A program made the translations under genes and the position numbers. Below, piece after piece: positions 27,706 to 37,571 of a DNA stretch of 64,000 nucleotides (its first letter is position 1; each line of letters starts with the position of its first letter). The notes under the pieces are model-generated. The model did no database searches. It was not told the origin of the DNA and saw only the letters and a program-made list of their open reading frames with translations. The stretch lies in NCBI GenBank assembly GCA_965250285.1, contig OZ252299.1, positions 2,720,001 to 2,784,000 of the forward strand, in the 5' to 3' direction. The stretch is from Myxococcota bacterium. GTDB lineage: Bacteria; Myxococcota_A; UBA9160; UBA4427.

Positions 27706-28155
27706 ATGTTCCGCGGCCGCCACGAGCACTCGATCGACGCAAAGGGACGCATGAGCATCCCGTCGGGGTTCCGGGTGGAAATCCAGAGGCGAAGCGAAAA
27801 GCCCCCGATCCTGACCAACTACCAGGATCACCTCGCACTTCATCCCGCAGACGAGTGGGACAAGGTCGAAGAAGGACTCCTCGAGATGCGCGAGCTGCGG
27901 CCGGAAGTTCAGAACTACCGCCGCTTCATCGTCTCCGGCGCAGTCGAGTGCCCCATCGATAATCAAGGCCGCATCCTCATCCCGGCTTATCTCCGGGAGC
28001 ATGCGGGACTCAAGAACAAGGCGACGGTCGCCGGCGTCCTCGATCGCATCGAGCTCTGGGAGCCGACCCGTTTCGCTGAGAATCACCAGCTCACGCTGCA
28101 CCGACTGCCGGAGATCCAGCTGTCGGTGGATCAGGCCCACGAGCAGAAGGCTTAG
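27706..28155 (+). CDS. mraZ: Division/cell wall cluster repressor MraZ
   Basis: MFRGRHEHSIDAKGRMSIP; second DNQGRILIP motif; DRIELW. Confidence 0.96.
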   Translation: MFRGRHEHSIDAKGRMSIPSGFRVEIQRRSEKPPILTNYQDHLALHPADEWDKVEEGLLEMRELRPEVQNYRRFIVSGAVECPIDNQGRILIPAYLREHAGLKNKATVAGVLDRIELWEPTRFAENHQLTLHRLPEIQLSVDQAHEQKA

Positions 28156-28169
28156 GGCCGAGGGTTAAT

Positions 28170-28310
28170 GGGGGGGACTGGAGACTCCGTCTCCAGCAGA
28201 GAGGTTGGGGTGTCCTCGGGACGCCTGGTGTGGTCTCGGGGTGGTTACTGGGGGGTACGCCCCGGGATCCTGAGTTCCGAGGCACCCCATCCTCTCCCTG
28301 TCTTCCCCTC
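28170..28310 (+). ncRNA. Candidate cis-regulatory structured RNA between mraZ and rsmH
   Basis: GGGGGGAC/GTCTTCCC closing stem, TGGAGAC/GTCTCCA hairpin, and long stem GAGAGGTTGGGGTGTCCTCGGGA / TTCCGAGGCACCCCATCCTCTC. Confidence 0.45.
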
Positions 28311-28368
28311 CCGCAACGACCCCGCCCCCGGCCCCGTCTCGACGGGCACTCGGGAGGCGCCCGGCACC

Positions 28369-29331
28369 GTGACCGGCCCGTTCGCACATACATCCGTCCT
28401 GCTCGACGAGAGCCTGCACTATCTGGCGCTTGCGCCGGGGATGCGCGTCGTCGACGGCACGCTCGGCGGCGGCGGCCACAGTGAAGCCATCCTCGAGCAA
28501 ACGGCCCCCGACGGCCAGGTGATCGGGCTCGACGTCGACGACGATGCACTCGCGGCCGCGAGCGCCCGCCTGGCGCCCGCCGGCCCGCGCTTCGAGGCCG
28601 TGAAGTCTTCGTTCCGCCGGCTGGACGACGTCGTGCGTCGCCTGGGCCTCGACTCGGTCGACGCCGTCCTGCTCGATCTCGGCGTCTCTTCTCACCAGCT
28701 CGACGTCGCCGCCCGCGGCTTCCGCTTCGCGCGCAGCTCGGCCGACGCGACGCCGCTCGACATGCGAATGGATCCGGCGTCCGACGCCGAAACGGCGGCC
28801 GAGCTGCTGCAGCGGGCCAGCGCCGACGAGCTGCACAAGCTCTTCGAGCGCTACGGCGAGCTGCCCGGCTCGAAGCGCCTCGCGAGGGCGATCGTCGAGC
28901 ACCGACGTGCATCGCGACTCGAGACGAGCGCCGATCTGCTGCAGGTGATCGAAGCGACGCGCATCGGCGGCGGCCGCAAGCACGATCCGGCCACGCTGGT
29001 CTTCCAGGCGCTGCGCATCGCCGTGAACGACGAGCTCGTCGCCCTCGAAGAAGGCATCGATGCCGCGCTCGCCGTGCTTCGGCCGGGCGGACGCCTCGTG
29101 ATCCTCTCCTATCACTCGCTCGAGGATCGCATCGTCAAGCAGCGCTTCCGCGCCGAAGCGAAGGGCTGCATCTGCCCGCCGCGCCAGCCGGTCTGCACCT
29201 GCGGTCGCACACCGCGTGTGCGCGTCGTCACGCGAAAGCCCGTCGCCGCCAGCGAAGATGAGACCCGACGCAATCCGCGCGCGCGCTCGGTGCGGCTGCG
29301 GGCGGCCGAGCGGATCGAGGAGGCGGCTTGA
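28369..29331 (+). CDS. rsmH: 16S rRNA m4C1402 methyltransferase RsmH (MraW)
   Basis: HTSVLLDE, VDGTLGGGGHS, DLGVSSHQLD, PLDMRMD, FQALRIAVNDEL, SYHSLEDRIVK, NPRARS. Confidence 0.96.
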   Translation: MTGPFAHTSVLLDESLHYLALAPGMRVVDGTLGGGGHSEAILEQTAPDGQVIGLDVDDDALAAASARLAPAGPRFEAVKSSFRRLDDVVRRLGLDSVDAVLLDLGVSSHQLDVAARGFRFARSSADATPLDMRMDPASDAETAAELLQRASADELHKLFERYGELPGSKRLARAIVEHRRASRLETSADLLQVIEATRIGGGRKHDPATLVFQALRIAVNDELVALEEGIDAALAVLRPGGRLVILSYHSLEDRIVKQRFRAEAKGCICPPRQPVCTCGRTPRVRVVTRKPVAASEDETRRNPRARSVRLRAAERIEEAA

Positions 29332-29762
29332 TGCGGATCTTCGGCGGGCGCGCGCAGCAGTCAGAGTCGGCGGCCGATCGCGCGGCGCGGCTCGGTCTGA
29401 TCGGGCTCGACGTCTCGGGCCGTCGCGGTCGCGGCCGGGCCCTCATCGGCTTGCCCGTGATCGTCGCCGGCCTGGTGCTCGCGCTCGGCATCGCCGCCCT
29501 GCGCGTCGACCTGATTCGCATGCGATACGCGCTCGCCGACGGCCTCGCCACCGAGCAGACCCTGCTCGATGAGCAGCGTCGGCTCACGGCCGAGATGCGG
29601 GGTCTGCGCGATCCGAGCGATCTGGCGCGCCGGGCGCACGAGCTGGGCTTCGGTCACCCCGAGCGGGTCATCGACCTGACGATCGACGCCACCGCGCCGC
29701 CGCTGCCCGCCGTTGGTGCGGGCCCCGGCGCCGCCCTCGCCCTCGGAGCGACGCGACCATGA
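29331..29762 (+). CDS. ftsL: Cell division protein FtsL
   Basis: Between rsmH and ftsI; single TM segment followed by a coiled coil ending LRDPSDLARRAHELG. Confidence 0.8.
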   Translation: MRIFGGRAQQSESAADRAARLGLIGLDVSGRRGRGRALIGLPVIVAGLVLALGIAALRVDLIRMRYALADGLATEQTLLDEQRRLTAEMRGLRDPSDLARRAHELGFGHPERVIDLTIDATAPPLPAVGAGPGAALALGATRP

Positions 29763-31966
29763 GATCGCAGGCGCTGCGTTCGGCCGTCGTCCGGGTGGGC
29801 GTGCTGCGTCTTCTCATCTTCGCTTCGTTCTTCGTGCTCGCGGGCCGCGCCGCCTGGCTCACCGTCGGCATGGCCGACGCAGCCATCGACCACGGCAACA
29901 ACCAGACGCAGACGCGTGTGGGCGTCGCGCCCTCTCGCGGCCTGATCCTCGACCGCGACGGACACGAGCTCGCAATCACCGTCGACACCCCGTCGGTCTA
30001 CGTCTATCCCGAGCAGCTCGCCGACCCTGAGCGGGATCTGCGCCGCCTGGCGCGGGTCCTCGACCTCGACCTGAACGCGCTGCGGCGTCGCATGATCGGC
30101 CGCGAGGGCTTCCGCTACGTGGCGCGCTGGGTCGGGCACGAAGTCGCCGAGCGCGTCGAAGCGCTCGCGATCGCCGGCGTCGGCATCCAGCAGGAGCACC
30201 GCCGCACCTATCCCTCGGGCGCCCTCGCCTCGACGGTCGTCGGCTTCTCCAACATCGACGGCGACGGCGTGCGCGGCGTCGAGCAGATGATGGACGAGTG
30301 GCTCAAGGGCGACGCGCGCAGCGTTTCGGTCGAGCGCGATGCGCGTGGCCAGCTGCTCGCCAACCACGACGTCGACCCGAGCCTCTCGGCCGGGGGAGAC
30401 GTGCGGCTCTCGATCGACGCGGGCCTGCAGGCGCTCGCCGAGAACGCGCTCGCGTCGGCGATCGAAGAGACCAAGGCCGAGGGCGGCATCGTGGTCGTGC
30501 TCGACCCCGCGACCGGCGACGTGCTGAGCCTCGCAGAGAGCCCGAGCTTCGATCCGAACCACTTCCGCGACGTCGACTACGCCTCGACGCGCAGCCGTGC
30601 GTTCAGCGACGCGCTCGAGCCGGGATCGACGTTCAAGGCCCTGCTGGTCGCGGCGGCCCTCGACGCCGGCGCGATCCGCCCCGATCAGGCCTTCGATACC
30701 GGCGAAGGCGAGCTGCGCGTCCCGGGCAAGACGATTCGCGACCACGACCCCTACGGCGTGCTCGATCCCAAAGGCATTCTCACGCACTCGAGCAACATCG
30801 GTGCGGTGATGATCGGCGACGCGCTCGGCCCGGCCCGCTACCACGCGGCGCTGCGTGCCTTCGGCTTCGGCGCCCGCTCGGGCAGCGGCTTCCCCGACGA
30901 GAGCGCGGGCATCCTCCGAAGCTGGGAGACGTGGAAGCCCGTCGACGCCGCAACCCACTCGTACGGTCAGGGCGTCGCCGTGACGGCGGTGCAGCTCGCC
31001 AGCGCCATGGCGACGCTCGCGAACGACGGCCGGCGCATGAAGCCGCGGCTCGTCGTCGCACAGCGTCCGACGCGGGGCACCTGGGACGTGCACGAGCCGG
31101 TGTCCCTCGGTCAGGTCGTGTCGCCCGAGAGCGCCCGGCTGACCCTCGACCTGATGAAGGGCGTCGTGTCGCCCGACGGCACCGGCCGACTGGCCGGCCT
31201 CTACGGCATCGAGGTCGCAGGCAAGACGGGTACGGCGCAGAAGATCGACCCCGAGACGAAGCGCTACAGCCAGCGGGACTACATCGCCTGGTTCATGGCG
31301 GCGGTGCCGGCCGACGACCCCGAGCTCGCCATCGTCGTCGCCATCGACGAGCCGAAGGGGCCCGCGCACAGCGGCGGTCTCGTCGCTGCGCCGATCTTCG
31401 CCCGCGTCGCCACCGACCACCTCGCCGACCTCGGCATCCGCACTCGACCCGCGCCGATCGCTGCGCCGAAGAAGCCGGTGCAGCTCGCCGAGGCGCGCGC
31501 ACCCGAGCCGACCGAATCGCGCGAACGCAGCCGCGCTCGACGCCGGGCCGGTGCCCGAGCGGCCGCCGCTCCGCAGCCCGAGCCCGCGGCCACGCGCGAG
31601 CAGCTGCTGCGCGCCCAGCTCGCAGCGCACGCCACACGGGCGCCCAAGCCCACGCCGCAGGTATCCGCGGCTCCGCCGCCGGCCGCGTCGGGCACGCAGC
31701 GGGCGCAGGCGGCGTCGTTCTCACGACCGGCGGCCCGTGGTGGCGCCGACGCGCGACGGGCCGTGATGGTCCCCGACTTCACCGGCAGCGGCGCCACGCG
31801 CGCATCCGCCCTGGCGGCGCGCGAAGATCTCGACGTGCACGTCGTCGGCCAGTCGAACGGTCGCGTGATCGCGCAGGAGCCGCGACCGGGCACCATCATC
31901 GCCGGCACACAGCGCACCGTGCTGCTCACCTTTGCTGCCGCGACCTCGGGAGGCCACGGCCGATGA
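29759..31966 (+). CDS. ftsI: Penicillin-binding protein 3 (FtsI) with a C-terminal PASTA-like domain
   Basis: RGLILDRDG, EPGSTFK (SxxK), SSN, KTGTAQK; Ala/Pro/Arg linker then VPDFTG...VIAQEPRPG. Confidence 0.93.
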   Translation: MRSQALRSAVVRVGVLRLLIFASFFVLAGRAAWLTVGMADAAIDHGNNQTQTRVGVAPSRGLILDRDGHELAITVDTPSVYVYPEQLADPERDLRRLARVLDLDLNALRRRMIGREGFRYVARWVGHEVAERVEALAIAGVGIQQEHRRTYPSGALASTVVGFSNIDGDGVRGVEQMMDEWLKGDARSVSVERDARGQLLANHDVDPSLSAGGDVRLSIDAGLQALAENALASAIEETKAEGGIVVVLDPATGDVLSLAESPSFDPNHFRDVDYASTRSRAFSDALEPGSTFKALLVAAALDAGAIRPDQAFDTGEGELRVPGKTIRDHDPYGVLDPKGILTHSSNIGAVMIGDALGPARYHAALRAFGFGARSGSGFPDESAGILRSWETWKPVDAATHSYGQGVAVTAVQLASAMATLANDGRRMKPRLVVAQRPTRGTWDVHEPVSLGQVVSPESARLTLDLMKGVVSPDGTGRLAGLYGIEVAGKTGTAQKIDPETKRYSQRDYIAWFMAAVPADDPELAIVVAIDEPKGPAHSGGLVAAPIFARVATDHLADLGIRTRPAPIAAPKKPVQLAEARAPEPTESRERSRARRRAGARAAAAPQPEPAATREQLLRAQLAAHATRAPKPTPQVSAAPPPAASGTQRAQAASFSRPAARGGADARRAVMVPDFTGSGATRASALAAREDLDVHVVGQSNGRVIAQEPRPGTIIAGTQRTVLLTFAAATSGGHGR

Positions 31967-33507
31967 GACTCTCCGCACTGCTCTCCGCCCTGCCCCGCGA
32001 TCTCGAGCCCACCGAGTGGGTGCGCAGCGCGCCGAACGTCGATCCGGTGATCCGAGGCGTCAGCTACGACTCACGCAAGGTCTCACCCGGCGACCTGTTC
32101 GTCGCGCTCCGTGGCTCGACGGCCGACGGCCACGAGTACATCGATCGCGCCCTCGAGCAGGGCGCGGCCGCCGTGCTGGTCGAAGAGGCGCCGGCGGCGC
32201 CGATCCTCGGCGCCTGCCCCGCCGTCGTCGTGCCCGACACACGCCAGGCATTGGCACCGATCTCGGCCCGCTTCTTCGGCGACCCCGCGAGCGAGCTCAC
32301 GATGGTCGGCATCACCGGCACCAACGGCAAGACGAGCACGACCTACCTCGTCGAGTCGATCCTCGCCGCAGCCGACCATCGCGTCGGCTTGATCGGCACC
32401 GTCGACATCCGCTACGCGGGCGAGCGCGTGCCCTCGGTGAATACGACGCCCGAGAGCCTCGACCTCCAGCGGACGCTGCGCAACATGCACACGGCCAACG
32501 TCGAATCGGCGGTGATGGAGGTGTCGTCGCACGGGCTCGAGCTCGGCCGCGTGGCCGGCTGCCGATTTCGCGTTGCGGCCTTCACGAATCTGACCCAGGA
32601 CCACCTCGACTTCCACGGCGACATGGACGCGTACTGCGCCTCGAAGGAGAAGCTGTTTCGCCAGCACGTCGTGCCCGGCGGGACGGCCGTGATCAACGTC
32701 GACGATCCGTACGCCGGGCGGTTCATGGAAGCGGCGCGCGCCGCCGGCTCGCGGGTGATCCGGTGCAGTCGCGACGCCGCCACCGCGGCGGAGGTGAGGC
32801 TGCTCTCGAGCGAGGTCGAGCTCACGGGCTCGCGCGCTCGCCTCGCCCTGCCGTCGGGCGAGCACACGTTCGAGCTTCCGCTGGTCGGTGACTTCAACCT
32901 CGAGAACCTGATCGTGGCCTGCGGCGTGGCGGAGGCACTCGGGATCGAGCCGAGCGCCGTCGCCGCCGGCATCGCGGCCTGCCCCCAGGTGCCCGGCCGC
33001 ATGGAGGTGGTGCGCGTCGACAAGCCGGGCTCGCCGATCGTGATCGTCGACTACGCGCACACGCCCGACGCCGTCGACAAGCTGCTCGCGGCCGTGCGAC
33101 CGCTCTGCAACGGCCGCATGTTCACGGTCTTCGGCTGCGGCGGTGATCGAGACCGCGCGAAGCGCCCGCTCATGGCCGAAGCGGTGGCACGACACAGCGA
33201 CGTCGCGATCGCGACCAGCGACAACCCCCGCACCGAGGCGCCGGGGGCGATCCTCGAAGACGTGGTCGCCGGCCTTGCCTCGATGAACGAGGTCGGGCTG
33301 GGCCAGCTGGGCGCGGGCGACCGGGAGTACGCCGTCGTCGAGGACCGTCGCGCGGCCATCATCACCGCCGTGCACGCGGCACAGACCGAAGACACCGTCG
33401 TGATCGCCGGCAAGGGACACGAGGACTACCAGATCGTGGGCCGTGAGAAGCTGCCCTTCGACGACCGGGAAGAGGCGCGACGCGCGCTGGGGTTGCGCAC
33501 GTCGTGA
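31963..33507 (+). CDS. murE: UDP-MurNAc-tripeptide synthetase MurE (meso-DAP type)
   Basis: GITGTNGKTST, MEVSSH, NLTQDHLDFH, VDYAHTPD, SDNPR, AGKGHEDYQ. Confidence 0.96.
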   Translation: MRLSALLSALPRDLEPTEWVRSAPNVDPVIRGVSYDSRKVSPGDLFVALRGSTADGHEYIDRALEQGAAAVLVEEAPAAPILGACPAVVVPDTRQALAPISARFFGDPASELTMVGITGTNGKTSTTYLVESILAAADHRVGLIGTVDIRYAGERVPSVNTTPESLDLQRTLRNMHTANVESAVMEVSSHGLELGRVAGCRFRVAAFTNLTQDHLDFHGDMDAYCASKEKLFRQHVVPGGTAVINVDDPYAGRFMEAARAAGSRVIRCSRDAATAAEVRLLSSEVELTGSRARLALPSGEHTFELPLVGDFNLENLIVACGVAEALGIEPSAVAAGIAACPQVPGRMEVVRVDKPGSPIVIVDYAHTPDAVDKLLAAVRPLCNGRMFTVFGCGGDRDRAKRPLMAEAVARHSDVAIATSDNPRTEAPGAILEDVVAGLASMNEVGLGQLGAGDREYAVVEDRRAAIITAVHAAQTEDTVVIAGKGHEDYQIVGREKLPFDDREEARRALGLRTS

Positions 33508-33532
33508 TCGACGCACGCATGGAGAGAAGATC

Positions 33533-34945
33533 GTGAGCGAGCGCTTCGACGCACAGGACGTCGTCGCCTGGACCGACGCGAAGAGCGCGGGCGAGACGCA
33601 GGGGGTGCGCTTTCGCAGTGTCTCGATCGACACCCGCACCGTCGAAGCGGGCGCGCTCTTCGTCGCGATTCGCGGCGAGGTGCACGATGCACACGCCTTC
33701 GTCGAGCAGGCCCTCGACAAGGGCGCAGCCGGGGTGCTGGTCGAGCCGGGTCGCGTCGACGCCGAACTCGCGCGTCGAGCGCCGCTCTTCGAAACCCCCG
33801 ATACCATTGCCGCGCTCGGCCGCCTCGCCGCCGGCCATCGACGCCGCTTCGACGGCCCGCTCGTCGCCGTGACCGGCAGCAATGGCAAGACGACGACCAA
33901 GGAGCTGATCCACGCGGTGCTCTCGAGCCGCGGTGCATGCCTCAAGACCCGGGGCAATCTCAACAACGCGTTCGGCCTGCCGCTGACCCTGCTCGAGCGC
34001 GAAGAGGGCCAGTGGGCGGGCGTCGTCGAGATCGGCATGAACCATCGCCACGAGATCGCCCCCCTCGCCGCGATCGCGGCGCCCACCGTCGCGGTCATCA
34101 CGAACGTCGGCACCGCCCACATCGAGCACCTCGGCAGTCGCGAGGAGATCGCGGCCGAGAAGGGCGATCTGATGACCGGGCTCGACGCCGACGGCATCGC
34201 CGTGCTGAACGCCGACGATCATCACGTGATGTCGCAGGCGGGCCGCGCCCCTGGGCGCGTGCTGCGCTTCGGTCGAGACGCGGGGGCCGACGTATCGGCG
34301 CGAGACGTCCGCTTCGAGGCCGGCGGCGCCTTCGCCTTCGCGCTGCGCACGCCGCAGGGCGATGCCGACGTGCGCGTCACGGGTCTCTCCGAGACGACCG
34401 TGATCAACGCCCTTGCCGCCGCAGCGGCGGGGCTCGCTGCCGAGCTCTCACTCGACGAGGTGGTGCGCGGCCTCGGCGCGTTCGCCGGGGTCGCGGGACG
34501 CATGGCGCCGAAATCGGCGCCGGGCGGTGTGCATCTGATCGACGACACGTACAACGCGAATCCGCAGTCGGTGCGGGCCGCGCTCGAGAGCCTGGCGCAG
34601 CTGACGGCGGGCAGGGGGCGCGGCATCGCGGTGCTCGGGGGCATGGGCGAGCTCGGCGCGCAGTCCGACGCGCTGCACGCCGAGACCGGCCGGGCCGTCG
34701 CCGAGACCGGCACCCACGCGCTGGTCACGGTCGGCGAGCGCGCCGTGGCTCTGGCCGACGCTGCGACGGGTGCGGGGCTCGACGCGAGCCAGGTCGTACG
34801 CTGCGAGACCCATGACGAAGCCGCGGCCGCCGTACGCGGGCTGGCCGGGGCCGGCGATTGGGTGCTCGTGAAGGGCAGCCGCGCGATGCAGATGGAGCGC
34901 GTCGTGGATGCGCTCATGACGGGCGACGAAGGGGACGAAGCCTAG
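33533..34945 (+). CDS. murF: UDP-MurNAc-pentapeptide synthetase MurF
   Basis: VTGSNGKTTTKE, NLNNAFGLPLTL, EIGMNH, DDTYNANP, VKGSR. Confidence 0.96.
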   Translation: MSERFDAQDVVAWTDAKSAGETQGVRFRSVSIDTRTVEAGALFVAIRGEVHDAHAFVEQALDKGAAGVLVEPGRVDAELARRAPLFETPDTIAALGRLAAGHRRRFDGPLVAVTGSNGKTTTKELIHAVLSSRGACLKTRGNLNNAFGLPLTLLEREEGQWAGVVEIGMNHRHEIAPLAAIAAPTVAVITNVGTAHIEHLGSREEIAAEKGDLMTGLDADGIAVLNADDHHVMSQAGRAPGRVLRFGRDAGADVSARDVRFEAGGAFAFALRTPQGDADVRVTGLSETTVINALAAAAAGLAAELSLDEVVRGLGAFAGVAGRMAPKSAPGGVHLIDDTYNANPQSVRAALESLAQLTAGRGRGIAVLGGMGELGAQSDALHAETGRAVAETGTHALVTVGERAVALADAATGAGLDASQVVRCETHDEAAAAVRGLAGAGDWVLVKGSRAMQMERVVDALMTGDEGDEA

Positions 34946-34946
34946 A

Positions 34947-36020
34947 ATGCTCTACTGGCTGCTCTACTCGATGGTGGATCAGGTCAGCGGCTTCAACGTC
35001 GTTCGGTACATCACGTTCCGAACCGGCGCGGCCACGCTCACCGCCCTGTTCATCTCGTTCATGCTCGGCCCCTGGGTGATTCGCAAGCTGACCGCGCTGC
35101 GCGCGGGCCAGCCGATTCGCGAGATCGGCCCCGACCACCAGGCCAAGGCGGGGACGCCGACGATGGGCGGCCTGCTGATCCTGCTCTCGCTCGGCGTCTC
35201 GACGCTGCTCTGGGCCGACCTCTCGAACCGCTTCGTCTGGATCGTGCTGGGGCTCACCGCCGGCTACGGCGTGCTCGGCTTCGTCGACGACTATGCGAAG
35301 GTGCGGCAGCAGGACAGCGCCGGGATCAGCGCCCGCATGAAGCTCTTCTGGCAGATCGTGCTGGCCCTCGGCGTGGCGGTGGCGATCTACACAGCCCCGG
35401 GCTTCGACCAGGAGCTGTCGGTCCCCTTCTTCAAGGATTTCACGCCCAACATCGGCTGGCTCTACATCCCGCTCGCGACGTTCATCATCGTCGCCGCCAG
35501 CAACGGCGTGAACCTGACCGATGGCCTCGACGGCCTGGCGATCGGCCCGGTCATGATCACGGCGGGCACGTTTCTCTTTCTCGCCTACGCGGCCGGGCAC
35601 GCGACCATCGCGGACTACCTCGCCATCAAGCCGGTCCCTGGCGCGGGCCAGCTCGCCATCTTCTGCGGCGCGATGCTCGGCGGCGGCCTGGGCTTTCTCT
35701 GGTTCAACGCGTCACCGGCCGAGCTCTTCATGGGCGATGTCGGTGCGCTCGCGCTCGGAGGCGCACTCGGCGCGATCGCCGTCGTGATCCGGCAGGAGAT
35801 CCTCCTCGCCGTGGTCGGCGGGATCTTCGTCGTCGAGACGCTCTCCGTGATCATCCAGGTCGCTTCGTTCAAGCTGACCGGCAAGCGCGTGTTCCTCATG
35901 ACTCCGATCCATCACCACTTCGAACAGCTGGGATGGGCGGAGCAGAAGATCGTCGTTCGTTTCTGGATCGTGTCCGCGATCCTCGGCCTCGTGGCGCTCT
36001 CGTCACTGAAGCTGAGGTAG
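34947..36020 (+). CDS. mraY: Phospho-N-acetylmuramoyl-pentapeptide transferase MraY
   Basis: KAGTPTMGG, GFVDD, NLTDGLDGL, FMGDVG, PIHHHFE. Confidence 0.97.
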   Translation: MLYWLLYSMVDQVSGFNVVRYITFRTGAATLTALFISFMLGPWVIRKLTALRAGQPIREIGPDHQAKAGTPTMGGLLILLSLGVSTLLWADLSNRFVWIVLGLTAGYGVLGFVDDYAKVRQQDSAGISARMKLFWQIVLALGVAVAIYTAPGFDQELSVPFFKDFTPNIGWLYIPLATFIIVAASNGVNLTDGLDGLAIGPVMITAGTFLFLAYAAGHATIADYLAIKPVPGAGQLAIFCGAMLGGGLGFLWFNASPAELFMGDVGALALGGALGAIAVVIRQEILLAVVGGIFVVETLSVIIQVASFKLTGKRVFLMTPIHHHFEQLGWAEQKIVVRFWIVSAILGLVALSSLKLR

Positions 36021-36212
36021 CGCGGCGCCTCCAGGATCGACCGGAGCAAGGCCGCGGGGCGGATGAACGCACCGCGGCGCGGTGCGCGGATGCGCACTGC
36101 ACAGCGTGGTGTACGGATGTGCACCCCGCGGTTCTCATGCGCGGAGCGCATGGGATGTTGGGTGGCCGGGCGCATCCGGATGGGTGCGTTGCGGAAGGGA
36201 GACCGGGCCGTC

Positions 36213-37571
36213 GTGACGGACTGGACCGACAAGCGGGTGCTCGTGCTCGGCCTCGGCGAGAGCGGGCGAAGCGTCGCGCGCTTCCTGGCGGAGCGCGGCG
36301 CGCAGGTGGTGGCGGCCGACGAGCGGCCGAGCGAAGCGCTCGGCGACCTCGCGTCGCTGCCCGCGTCGGTCGAGCTGCAGCCGGGCCACACGCTCCCGAG
36401 CCCGACCGAGATGGACGCATTCGACCTGGTGGTGCCGAGTCCCGGCATCCCCGTAGACAGATGGAACGACACCCACGCGAGCGTGGCTGGCGACATCGAG
36501 CTCGCGGGCCGGCACCTCCAGGTCCCCATCACCGCCGTCACCGGCACCAACGGCAAGTCGACGACCGTGGCGCTGCTCGAGGCCCTGCTGCGCGCGGCGG
36601 GCCTGCGCGCGACGGCCGGCGGCAACCTCGGGCTGCCCGCGCTCGAGCTCGTCGGCGAGCCGCTCGACGCGGTCGTTCTCGAGGTGTCGTCGTTCCAGCT
36701 CGAGAGCACGTCCACATTCGCGCCGCGGGTCGCAGCGGTGCTGAACGTGACCCCCGACCACCTCGATCGCCACGGCGATCTCGAGACCTATGCGACGACC
36801 AAGGCGAAGCTGATCGCGAGCCAGAGCGCGGACGACTTCGCGGTGCTCAACGTCGACGATCCGATCGTCGACGCCATGGCGGCCGATACGCGCGCGCAGG
36901 TCGTGCGGGTGAGCACCCGCGGCGCGCCGGCCGGTGGGCCGGGCCGACAGGCCTGGATCGACGGCGCCGTCGCGGTCTTCGCCGACGAGCAGGGTCTCAC
37001 CCGGGTGCCGCTCGACGGGCTGCGCCTCGCGGGCCGACACAACCTCGAGAACGTCGTGACCGCACTCGCGATGGCCTGGTGCCTCGGCGTCGACCTCGCG
37101 CGAGCGGCAACTGCCCTCGCCTCTTTCGGTGGCCTGCCCCATCGCTGCGAGGTGGTCGCACGGCACGACGCCGTGACCTGGGTCGACGATTCGAAGGCGA
37201 CCAACGTCGGGGCCGCCGGCCGCTCGCTGGCCGCGTTCGCAGAGCCCGTCGTCTGGATCGCCGGCGGTCGCGCCAAGGGCGCCGACCTCGCCGAGCTGGC
37301 GCCGGCGGCGAAGGCCCACGCCCGCACGGCCCTGCTGATCGGCGAAGCGGCGAGCGCGCTCGAAGTCGCCCTCGACGGCGTCGTCCCCTGCGAGTCGGTC
37401 GGCACGCTCGAGCGCGCCGTCGAACGCGCCGCCGTGCTCGCGAAGCCGGGCGACGTCGTCCTGCTGGCCCCGGCCTGCGCGAGCTTCGATCAGTTCGAGA
37501 GCTTCGAAGCGCGCGGCGACGCGTTTCGCCATCACGTCGAGCGCGTCACCGAAGGAGCCCGCGAGAGATGA
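36213..37571 (+). CDS. murD: UDP-MurNAc-L-Ala:D-Glu ligase MurD
   Basis: VLGLGESG, VTGTNGKSTT, EVSSFQL, DHLDRH, DDSKATN, LAPACASFDQF. Confidence 0.96.
   Translation: MTDWTDKRVLVLGLGESGRSVARFLAERGAQVVAADERPSEALGDLASLPASVELQPGHTLPSPTEMDAFDLVVPSPGIPVDRWNDTHASVAGDIELAGRHLQVPITAVTGTNGKSTTVALLEALLRAAGLRATAGGNLGLPALELVGEPLDAVVLEVSSFQLESTSTFAPRVAAVLNVTPDHLDRHGDLETYATTKAKLIASQSADDFAVLNVDDPIVDAMAADTRAQVVRVSTRGAPAGGPGRQAWIDGAVAVFADEQGLTRVPLDGLRLAGRHNLENVVTALAMAWCLGVDLARAATALASFGGLPHRCEVVARHDAVTWVDDSKATNVGAAGRSLAAFAEPVVWIAGGRAKGADLAELAPAAKAHARTALLIGEAASALEVALDGVVPCESVGTLERAVERAAVLAKPGDVVLLAPACASFDQFESFEARGDAFRHHVERVTEGARER

Noticed and set aside
30298..33507. Apparent 1069-aa MurE fusion, and similar extended ORFs for ftsW, murC, murB, tatA and trmB
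   Set aside because: The N-terminal parts are off-frame read-through of the upstream gene; the real starts overlap upstream stops or have an RBS
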